This document shows, piece after piece, positions 24,134 to 31,402 of a DNA stretch of 31,402 bases (its first letter is position 1; each line of letters starts with the position of its first letter). Under the pieces are notes generated by a model, which saw only the letters and a list, made by a program, of their open reading frames with translations, was not told where the DNA came from and made no database searches. Position numbers and translations under genes: made by a program. The stretch comes from an uncultured Actinomycetes bacterium (lineage in GTDB: Bacteria > Actinomycetota > Aquicultoria > CAJVYJ01): contig CAJVYJ010000001.1 of assembly GCA_913009475.1 (NCBI GenBank), positions 1-31,402 on the forward strand, written 5' to 3'.

Positions 24134-24571
24134 TTAATTTTTACTATCGAGAAAACTTTGTAATATAATTGACGCCGCCGCGGCGTCAATTAATCCGCGC
24201 CGCTTTTTTCTTTTAACCCCGGCCCTGATAAGATCTTTTTCAGCCGTAACGGTAGTCAGCCTCTCATCCCAACGTTCTATCTTCACCGGCAACGCTGCCA
24301 GAGCTTTACTGATAAAAGCTTCTACTATTCTCGATTGCGGCCCCGGCTCACCGTTTAAAGTCAGGGGATAGCCGACAACTATGACCTCAACTTGATATTG
24401 TGCCACTAATTCAGCTATTGTTTTCGTGTCTGTTTTAAAAGAGGAATGAATAATAACTTGCAGCGGCAGAGCTACTCGACCGCTAATATCACTTACGGCT
24501 ACGCCGATTCTTTTTTGTCCGACATCTAAGGCTATAAACCTGGACTCAGCCGCTTGACTCTTTTCAGCCAA
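24134..24571 (-). CDS. ruvX: RuvX/YqgF family nuclease (pre-16S rRNA processing, Holliday-junction-resolvase-like)
   Basis: ALDVGQKRIGVAVSD, VVGYPL, WDERLTT and IDAAAASIILQ motifs. Confidence 0.95.
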   Translation of the reverse strand: MAEKSQAAESRFIALDVGQKRIGVAVSDISGRVALPLQVIIHSSFKTDTKTIAELVAQYQVEVIVVGYPLTLNGEPGPQSRIVEAFISKALAALPVKIERWDERLTTVTAEKDLIRAGVKRKKRRGLIDAAAASIILQSFLDSKN

Positions 24572-24579
24572 AATTCCGC

Positions 24580-27228
24580 CTAGGCCCGGCTACTAGTAAA
24601 ATCTTCCACGAACTTTTTCGCGGCCGGAAAAAGTTCAGCGATACCGTCCGGATCCTTACCGCCGGCTTGAGCCAAGTCAGCTCGTCCGCCGCCGCCGCCG
24701 CCAATTATCGGCGCTATCTTTTTTAACATATCAACGGAGCTAAAACCCAATTTTATTAGAGCCGGCGTCGCCGCTATCAATAATGTGGCCTTGCCCTTAT
24801 CGGATGAGGCTAAAACAACTATAGAGCTCTTTTCGGCGCTGCGTAAGCGGTCCGCCAGGATTCTCAACTCATCCATAGTGGCGAACTCCAAAGCGTGAGT
24901 TAACAGTACAATATCACCAAGCATAATTTTATCATTGATAATATTCTCTACCTCACCTTCCATTTGCTTGGAACGTAATGAGGCAAGCGTTTTTCGCTCT
25001 TTCTCCGCCTTCTGTTTAAGATTTTCAACTGCCTGATATACTTGCCCGTCTTTAACACCCAACAACTCGGATATTTGTTTTAACTCCGTTTCGACTCGAC
25101 GATGGTCCTCTAAGAACCTCTCGCCGGTAATGGCCTCAATCCGCCTGGTATTGGCGCCAATACTGGAAACTGAGGTAATCTTTATAAATCCGACCTCACT
25201 TGTGTTTCCCAAGTGAACTCCGCCGCATAATTCTTTACTAAAATCACCGATTTCAACAACCCGAACATATTTACCGTATTTCTCCTCAAACAGCGCCGTA
25301 GCGCCAATGTCCTTAGCATAATCTAAGGTCGTTATGTAAGTTCTGACCGGATGATTTTGTAATATCTTTTCGTTAACTAAGCGTTGTATATTACCGATTT
25401 CCTTGGATGAGAGAGGTTGATGATGCGTAAAATCAAAACGGAGCCTATCCGCCCCAACAAAAGACCCGGCTTGCTTAACATGCTCGCCTAAGATAATGCG
25501 CAGCGCCCATTGGAGGAGATGGGTAGCGGTATGATTTCTGGAAATAGAGCGGCGACGGCGCTTATCGATTACGGCATTAACAGTTTGCCCCGATTCCAAA
25601 CCACCCTCAATAACTTTAACTTTATGGGCAATAAGGTCAGCCAGGGGCGCTGATGTATCCAATACTCGAGCCTTACCGGTCTCAGAGGTCATGATGCCGA
25701 CATCACCTATTTGACCGCCTTTTTCCGCGTAAAATGGGGTATGGTCAAGAAACAACTCGACTTCGTCACCCGTCTTTGCCGACAACACCAATTGGTCATC
25801 AGCGGCTATCGCCACGATTTTCGCTTCAACCTGGTCCGTCTCATATCCGGTAAAATCGCTCTTACCATACTTCTCAACAACTTTTGGATAGACATTGCCC
25901 ACGTAGATACTGGCATGCCCTTCGGCGGTAACACCTTCGGCTCTGGCCCGTTCACGCTGCTTGGACATGAGCTTATTAAATGAATTAATATCGACTTTCA
26001 ACCCTGATTCATCGGCAATTTCAATCGTCAACTCCAAGGGAAATCCATAAGTATCATACAGCTTAAAGACCGACTCGCCGGGAATTATAGATAAGTCTTT
26101 ATCTTTAGCGTCACTAATCACTTTATCGAGAATGGCTAATCCCTGTTTTAAGGTATAGTTGAATCTCTCTTCTTCCCCGACAATCATCATCCTTATCTGG
26201 TCGGCCTTGGCTCTTAATGTCGGATAGAAACCACTCATTAACTCAATGACTTTATCCACGACTTTAACCGCGAATGGTTCCTTTATTCCCAGCAATCGAC
26301 CATGTCGAACAGCTCGACGCACCAAGCGCCGCAATATATAACCACGGCCTTCATTGGCCGGCATAATGCCATCACCCGCCATAAAAGTAACCGCACGCAG
26401 GTGGTCAACGATAATTTTTAGAGAAATATCAGTTTTTTCATCCTCACCGTATTTTACGTCCGCTATACCGGCGATTATATCGATAAGAGGTTTGATGGTA
26501 TCGATCTCAAAATTTGTCTCCGCTCCCTGTAGAATAGAAGCTATACGCTCCAAGCCCATACCTGTATCAATATTTTTTTTCGGCAGCGGATGTAATTCGC
26601 CTTTTTCATCACGGTTATACTGCATAAAAACTAAATTCCATACCTCCAAGTAGCGGTCACAGTCGCAACCAACTCCACAATCAGGGCGTTCGCAACCGCG
26701 TTCGGGCCCCAAATCATACAAAATTTCCGAACAAGGCCCGCAAGGACCGGTCGGACCAGCGGACCAAAAATTGTCCTTTTCCCCTAATCTAACTATCCTA
26801 TCCATGGATACACCGATGTCATCATGCCAAATCTTTATAGCTTCCTCATCTGTTTCAAATACAGTCACCCAAAGTTTACGACTATCCAAGCCCAATTCTT
26901 TTGTCAAAAATTCCCAGGCCCATCGGCAGGCTTCTTCTTTATAATAATCGCCGAAAGAAAAATTGCCGAACATTTCAAAAAAGGTCAAATGACGAGCGGT
27001 GCGACCGACTTGCTCGATATCCGTAGTCCGCACACATCTTTGCACGCTGGCGGCGCGACTGTAGTCAACCGCGATTTTACCTAAGAAAATCGGCTTAAAT
27101 TGGACCATGCCGGCGGCAGTTAATAGTAAGGTCGGGTCAGACGGCACCAAAGAAGAGCCGGCTACAATCTTATGGTCACGTTGACGAAAATAATCTAAAA
27201 ATTTATTACGTAAAATATCGCTTTTCAT
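24580..27228 (-). CDS. alaS: Alanine--tRNA ligase
   Basis: PTLLLTAAGMVQFK, RHLTFFEMFGNFSFGDYYK, EVWNLVFMQY, IDTGMGLER, editing HTATH and ELCGGVH motifs, and GGGGGR in the C-Ala domain. Confidence 0.99.
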   Translation of the reverse strand: MKSDILRNKFLDYFRQRDHKIVAGSSLVPSDPTLLLTAAGMVQFKPIFLGKIAVDYSRAASVQRCVRTTDIEQVGRTARHLTFFEMFGNFSFGDYYKEEACRWAWEFLTKELGLDSRKLWVTVFETDEEAIKIWHDDIGVSMDRIVRLGEKDNFWSAGPTGPCGPCSEILYDLGPERGCERPDCGVGCDCDRYLEVWNLVFMQYNRDEKGELHPLPKKNIDTGMGLERIASILQGAETNFEIDTIKPLIDIIAGIADVKYGEDEKTDISLKIIVDHLRAVTFMAGDGIMPANEGRGYILRRLVRRAVRHGRLLGIKEPFAVKVVDKVIELMSGFYPTLRAKADQIRMMIVGEEERFNYTLKQGLAILDKVISDAKDKDLSIIPGESVFKLYDTYGFPLELTIEIADESGLKVDINSFNKLMSKQRERARAEGVTAEGHASIYVGNVYPKVVEKYGKSDFTGYETDQVEAKIVAIAADDQLVLSAKTGDEVELFLDHTPFYAEKGGQIGDVGIMTSETGKARVLDTSAPLADLIAHKVKVIEGGLESGQTVNAVIDKRRRRSISRNHTATHLLQWALRIILGEHVKQAGSFVGADRLRFDFTHHQPLSSKEIGNIQRLVNEKILQNHPVRTYITTLDYAKDIGATALFEEKYGKYVRVVEIGDFSKELCGGVHLGNTSEVGFIKITSVSSIGANTRRIEAITGERFLEDHRRVETELKQISELLGVKDGQVYQAVENLKQKAEKERKTLASLRSKQMEGEVENIINDKIMLGDIVLLTHALEFATMDELRILADRLRSAEKSSIVVLASSDKGKATLLIAATPALIKLGFSSVDMLKKIAPIIGGGGGGRADLAQAGGKDPDGIAELFPAAKKFVEDFTSSRA

Positions 27229-27262
27229 TCAAGCTCCGTTCAAAGTTGTTTGTCAGCAGGTC

Positions 27263-28324
27263 TTAAGCTAACTCTGATTCTTCGTAAAAATAATACATTA
27301 CCAAAGCCTTGACAACCGCCGCTACCGGAATAGCCAACAAGAGGCCGACGAATCCCATTAAAACCGCCCCGGCTAAAAGAGAGAAAATAATCCAGGCGGG
27401 ATGCAGATCGATGGTATGGTGCAAAATATTGGGTGAAATGATCAAACCGTCCAACTGTTGGATGATAACCATACCCACAACCACCCAAAGCGCGAGCATC
27501 GGCGATTGGAGCAGAGCAATACCAACGGCGACGGCGCCGCCGACTAAAGGGCCGAAATAAGGGATTATATTTAAAACTCCCGCCAATAAACCTAACAAAA
27601 ACGCGAACTTAACCCCGATTATCCAAAGATATAATCCGATAGTTGTCCCGACCACCAGTGAAACTAAAGCTTGGCCGCGAAGAAAACCGCCGACAATATT
27701 ATTGATCTTTCGCGCCACCACCAAAACCTCTTCGCGATGACGCCGCGGGAATAAATTTAGAAAAGTCTCGCGGACAGCGTTGATATCCTTTAATAAATAG
27801 AAGGCAATGATCGGAGCAAGAACCAAGTTAAATAAACCGCCGAATATCCCGGTAGTAGTTTCCGGCAAAGAGCTAATTATAAATAAACCGTATTTTTGTG
27901 ACCTGACCGTCAACTCATGTAAGACTTTATCCGAACCCCGAGGCAAGGTTAGACTATGATAACGATTTTGTAACAAGCTAAAAATATGATTCGTTCGCTG
28001 ATAATACTGGGGCAAGTGCGAAACAATACTGCTTACCTGAGCTATGACAACCGGTAATAAATAAAAGATGAGTAAGGCAAAAATTAAGATAAAAATTATG
28101 TAAGTTATTATGACGGCAAGCAGATGAGGCATTTTCAATTTAACAAAAAAATTCACGATCGGCCTCAGTAAATAAACAATTATAAAAGCGTAAATGAACG
28201 GCGGCAGGACCGGCCTTAAGATATCGGCCACATGTAAAAAGACATATATTAAAATAACGATGCCAATCAGTGACCATGATACTATGGCTATACGTTTATA
28301 TTTGTCGGTTGACTCATCTGACAC
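27263..28324 (-). CDS. AI-2E family permease (UPF0118/PerM-like)
   Basis: Multi-TM protein with YLLRP, FYLLKD, LNIIPYFGP, QQLDGLIISP and GLLLAIP motifs. Confidence 0.92.
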   Translation of the reverse strand: MSDESTDKYKRIAIVSWSLIGIVILIYVFLHVADILRPVLPPFIYAFIIVYLLRPIVNFFVKLKMPHLLAVIITYIIFILIFALLIFYLLPVVIAQVSSIVSHLPQYYQRTNHIFSLLQNRYHSLTLPRGSDKVLHELTVRSQKYGLFIISSLPETTTGIFGGLFNLVLAPIIAFYLLKDINAVRETFLNLFPRRHREEVLVVARKINNIVGGFLRGQALVSLVVGTTIGLYLWIIGVKFAFLLGLLAGVLNIIPYFGPLVGGAVAVGIALLQSPMLALWVVVGMVIIQQLDGLIISPNILHHTIDLHPAWIIFSLLAGAVLMGFVGLLLAIPVAAVVKALVMYYFYEESELA

Positions 28325-28384
28325 AGCAAACTCCTTCGTCTTACATCATTATAGCTTAAGAGAGGAGCCTGTTTAAGTATTTTA

Positions 28385-29164
28385 TTATTCGGCTTTTAAC
28401 ATTTTTTGGCGTAAGATCTGCAGTGTCCTTCGGAGCAGACGAGAGACATGCATTTGGGAGATATCTAGCTCACTGGCAATCTCGGTCTGGGTCAACCCTT
28501 TAAAAAAGCGTAGATATAAAATTTTCTGTTCTTGATGAGTCAGCTCGGTTAAAGCAGCAGCTAAACTAGCTCTATCCTCAAAATTTGCCAATTGCTTATC
28601 ATTCTCACCCAGATAATCCATTAGTGAAAAACTTTCGCCGGAAGCGGAGGATATGTCGCCGTCAAGAGAGACGAAATTGTATGCTTCCGTAGTTTCCAAG
28701 GCCTCGATTACTTGTTCGTCGGAAACATGCAATCGCTCGGCTATCTCGCTTATCCTAGGTGAGCGCCTCAACTCTTGAGTTAGGCTGCCAACCAATTTAT
28801 TTATCTGTAAGTTTAGTTCTTGGAGCCGGCGCGGAACACGAATAGCCCAGCCTTTGTCCCGAAAATATCTTTTTAGCTCACCGACAATCGTTGGCGTGGC
28901 GTAAGTTGTAAATTCAACCGCCCTGCCTACGTCAAAACGATCCACCGCTTTTATTAAACCGATAGTACCGACTTGAACTAAATCCTCTAGAGGCTCACCC
29001 CGGCTTTTAAATCTGCGTGCCAGATATTCGACCAAATTGAGGTACATTTCTACCAGCTCATCACGAATTTCCGGATCGTGATTCTGCTGATATCGTTTAA
29101 ACAACTCGTAGGTTCTTTCGCGATCCCAAACTAAAGTTCGCTTATGAGCTCTTTGCACAGACAA
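28385..29164 (-). CDS. SigB/SigF/SigG-family alternative sigma factor
   Basis: LARRFKSRGEPLEDLVQVGTIGLIKAVDRFD, FTTYATPTIVGELKRYFRD and TQTEIASELDISQMHVSRL motifs. The start is placed at TTG 29164 because GGAGGA lies 7 nt upstream; the ORF track starts at 29179. Confidence 0.95.
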   Translation of the reverse strand: MSVQRAHKRTLVWDRERTYELFKRYQQNHDPEIRDELVEMYLNLVEYLARRFKSRGEPLEDLVQVGTIGLIKAVDRFDVGRAVEFTTYATPTIVGELKRYFRDKGWAIRVPRRLQELNLQINKLVGSLTQELRRSPRISEIAERLHVSDEQVIEALETTEAYNFVSLDGDISSASGESFSLMDYLGENDKQLANFEDRASLAAALTELTHQEQKILYLRFFKGLTQTEIASELDISQMHVSRLLRRTLQILRQKMLKAE

Positions 29165-29266
29165 ATACCTATCCTCCAAAACTAATGTAAAACAAACTTT
29201 TCAACAGTACTGAAAATAATTAGATGACCTCCAGGGAGCTGATAATTGTGAATCAATATTACTTAT

Positions 29267-29293
29267 CTACCCACATTTATAAATATCTACTCC
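29267..29293 (-). promoter_or_regulatory. Possible SigF/SigB-type autoregulatory promoter
   Basis: Minus strand reads GGAGT-N16-GGGTAG, one mismatch in each box against the mycobacterial SigF consensus GGWWT-N16/17-GGGTAY. Confidence 0.3.
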
Positions 29294-29328
29294 ACTTAGA
29301 TGTTTTTTAATAATATTGATGTCAGAAA

Positions 29329-29715
29329 TTAAACGCGCTTTTTTAAAAGTCTTAAGTCAACACCTTTGTCTCTTTTAATAAATTTAAATTCATCTACCAA
29401 GGCTTCAATAATAAAAAATCCATAGTTTTGATGCTTACGATATTTATCTTCCATATCATCCACAGACATTTTGGTATCCTCAAAAACTATTTCCAAGTGT
29501 TTATCCGTTATCTTAAAAGAGACTTTTGCTTCTGCGCCGCCGCAGTAGTTTATCAACATTAAAAAAACTTCTTCCACGGCCATCTTTAAATCATCTATCA
29601 TCTCAATGGAAAAATTCATCCGGCCGGCCACACCGGCCACCAGCAAACGCAAGAGATGAGCGTATTCTTTATCAATAGGTAACTCAATATAAATATCGTC
29701 TGCGCCTTTAGACAA
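29329..29715 (-). CDS. RsbW-like anti-sigma factor with degenerate ATP-binding boxes
   Basis: IELP...EY...LRL...GVAGRMNFSIEMIDDLKMAVEE and FIIEALVDE patterns; adjacent to the sigma gene. Confidence 0.8.
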   Translation of the reverse strand: MSKGADDIYIELPIDKEYAHLLRLLVAGVAGRMNFSIEMIDDLKMAVEEVFLMLINYCGGAEAKVSFKITDKHLEIVFEDTKMSVDDMEDKYRKHQNYGFFIIEALVDEFKFIKRDKGVDLRLLKKRV

Positions 29716-29739
29716 TTTAACTCCTTTTAACCCTAATAC

Positions 29740-30009
29740 TTATATAATATAGTTAGGTGATTCCTCGTCTGTTTCCAGTTTGATAAAATTATTGGTTTTA
29801 TTAATCTTATTTTCACTCCGACCGGCAGCCTCAATTCCCGCCTCAATTGCTGTTCTAAGCCGTTCTTTAAGATTAGAAAAGTTATTATATAACTCCGGAT
29901 GCAAATTTTCCATTAAGGTTAATACCCTTTTTCTGACATTGGGAATCAAAATGAGCCCAAGGCCCATCCCGATTACAAAATAAATACCGCCTCGTTTGCG
30001 AACACTCAT
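29740..30009 (-). CDS. YtxH-like small membrane-anchored protein
   Basis: N-terminal GMGLGLILIP helix followed by an amphipathic helix. It follows a DUF948 gene, as in ytxG-ytxH. Confidence 0.55.
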   Translation of the reverse strand: MSVRKRGGIYFVIGMGLGLILIPNVRKRVLTLMENLHPELYNNFSNLKERLRTAIEAGIEAAGRSENKINKTNNFIKLETDEESPNYII

Positions 30010-30371
30010 CGTTTTTTCCTCCTACCTATCAATTTAGCGGCTGCTACCCGTAATCCTGTCGCCAGCCCCGATAACTTAAGCGCCGGGGAAGCTACTATTT
30101 TTTTAGCGACGTCCGTAGTGTTTTGTACCCGCTCGCTAACTTCATGAATAGAATTGACGATACCATTTACCCGTGAAAGTTCAGAATTAACCTCATCCAA
30201 AGTTATCCGCGCCTTCGACAGAAGCGGCGTCAACTCTGTATTAACTTTTTTCACCAACTCATCAATGCTAATCAGAGTTTTTTTTAACTGAACCAGCACT
30301 ATTATTATAAACCCAACTAAAAGTACGATAGCGAAAACAAATATAGTTTGTATGGATAAGTACCAACTCAT
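30006..30371 (-). CDS. DUF948 (YtxG/YoxC-like) membrane protein
   Basis: N-terminal TM followed by a long coiled coil (LVQLKKTLISIDELVKKV...ITLDEVNSEL). Confidence 0.7.
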   Translation of the reverse strand: MSWYLSIQTIFVFAIVLLVGFIIIVLVQLKKTLISIDELVKKVNTELTPLLSKARITLDEVNSELSRVNGIVNSIHEVSERVQNTTDVAKKIVASPALKLSGLATGLRVAAAKLIGRRKKR

Positions 30372-30479
30372 AGTTTCTCTCCAGCCGCGAACATTATTAC
30401 CAATAATTAATATTTTTCAGTTTTAATTAATTTTATTAATTATAGAACAAAAATAAAAGAGTAGATAGATGAGTTAAAT

Positions 30480-30914
30480 TTATTCCTTTGTGAAAGCCTT
30501 AGGTTTAGCTTTAGCTTTAGCTTTTGACGATTTAGCCGGCGCCTTTTTACCAGTTTTCTTATAGTAATCATCAACCGCCAAATGCAAAGCATCAGCTGCA
30601 AGATTTGAACAATGCATCTTTTGCGGAGGTAAACCGTCCAGTGCTTTAGCTACAGCCTGATTAGATATCTCCAGCGCTCTTTCAAGTGTTTGGCCTTTAA
30701 CCAATTCGGTAACCATGCTACTGGTAGCCACAGCGGCTCCACAGCCGAATGTTTTGAATTTAACATCACTGATGCGATCATTCTCCACTTTGATAGTTAA
30801 TTTCATAACATCGCCGCAGACCGGATTGCCTACCTGCCCGACACCGTCAGGATTTTCAACTTCACCCACATTGCGCGGGTTAGAAAAATGATCCATTACT
30901 TTTTCACTATACAT
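30480..30914 (-). CDS. iscU: Fe-S cluster scaffold IscU/NifU-N
   Basis: YSEKVMDHFSNPRNVG, GNPVCGD, KTFGCG and KMHCSNLA motifs; Lys/Ala-rich C-terminal tail. Confidence 0.96.
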   Translation of the reverse strand: MYSEKVMDHFSNPRNVGEVENPDGVGQVGNPVCGDVMKLTIKVENDRISDVKFKTFGCGAAVATSSMVTELVKGQTLERALEISNQAVAKALDGLPPQKMHCSNLAADALHLAVDDYYKKTGKKAPAKSSKAKAKAKPKAFTKE

Positions 30915-30945
30915 TTTTTAACCTCCATTTCTTAAATTATTATTA

Positions 30946-31289
30946 TCAGCTTTGATGAGCCTGATTATGTTCTCCCGCATTCATTAAATATTCCGCCTCG
31001 CGGTCGGCGCTAAACGGCGACATCTGCCGCAACCTAGCTACAATCGGCGGCAATTGCTCCAAGAAGTAATCCACCTCATCAACGGTTGTAGACCTTCCTA
31101 AAGTAATACGCAGCGACCCGTGCGCCTCAGCCGGAGCTATGCCGATACCTAAAAGTGCATGCGATGGCTCTAAGCTGTGTGACGAACATGCCGAACCGCT
31201 GGAAGCAGCAATTCCCACCATATCCAGCTGCAGCACCAATGATTCGCAGTCAATGTAGTTAAAGATAAAACAAGCGTGTCCAGGGAAAC
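30946..31289 (-). CDS. iscS: Cysteine desulfurase IscS/NifS, C-terminal part (5' truncated at the adapter)
   Basis: GIAASSGSACSS with the catalytic Cys, EPSHAL, HGSLRITLG and LRQMSP motifs. The frame stays open up to the adapter junction. Confidence 0.93.
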
Positions 31290-31347
31290 AGATCGGAAGA
31301 GAGTCGGGTAGGGAAAGAGTGTAGAGCGCGGTGGTCGCCGGAGCATG
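31290..31347 (+). other. Illumina TruSeq universal (P5) adapter, reverse complement with low-quality errors; artefact
   Basis: Matches AGATCGGAAGAGCGTCGTGTAGGGAAAGAGTGTAGATCTCGGTGGTCGCCGTATCATT with 7 mismatches (six T>G, one C>A). It is followed by poly-A read-through to 31402. Confidence 0.97.
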
Positions 31348-31402
31348 AAAAAAAAAAAAATAAAAAAAAGAAAAAGAAAAAGAAGAAAAAAAGCAAGCGA
31401 GG

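Noticed and set aside
27229-27262. T-box leader upstream of alaS
   Set aside because: The spacer is only 34 bp, with no room for a T-box and no terminator.
589-29983. The many short plus-strand and nested minus-strand ORFs in the track (e.g. 3734..4108, 10187..10558, 16170..16559, 20188..20535, 27240..27488)
   Set aside because: They lie wholly antisense to, or out of frame within, well-supported genes and show no RBS or family motifs.
31246-31254. IscS reading IDCES instead of the conserved IEGES
   Set aside because: It lies about 40 nt from an error-rich adapter tail, so sequencing error is the likelier cause.

Overview
This 31.4-kb window looks like a whole assembled contig with untrimmed Illumina TruSeq adapters at both ends (57-122 and 31290-31347). 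All credible genes are on the minus strand. In transcription order: iscS (truncated), iscU, DUF948/YtxG-like, YtxH-like, degenerate RsbW-like anti-sigma, SigB/SigF-type sigma, AI-2E permease, alaS, ruvX, mltG, a 996-aa S8 protease with an inserted domain and six 177-bp repeats, U32 peptidase, YqeG-like HAD, acylphosphatase, aroE, then a type IV pilus cluster (pilB1, DUF4388/MshEN-like protein, P-loop-dead MglA-like protein, pilB2, pilT, pilC, a repeat mosaic, pilA, O-antigen-ligase/OTase-like gene, TPR gene, pilD, pilM, pilN, pilO, pilP-like), aroC and the first codons of a probable aroK. No pilQ follows pilP, and the sigma factor looks actinobacterial, so a monoderm host, possibly deep-branching Actinomycetota, is inferred but not proven. 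The main observations are: (1) a perfect 28-bp inverted repeat tightly brackets the promoter-pilA-OTase-TPR-pilD unit; (2) three sigma28/WhiG-type promoters with identical spacing head the pil sub-operons; (3) a DUF4388/MshEN-like protein and a pseudo-GTPase sit between two PilB paralogues; (4) a mosaic of REP-like, BoxC-like and G-quadruplex motifs lies upstream of the pilin. No transposase, recombinase, CRISPR array, tRNA or rRNA was recognised. All family assignments come from motifs read by eye, not from database searches.
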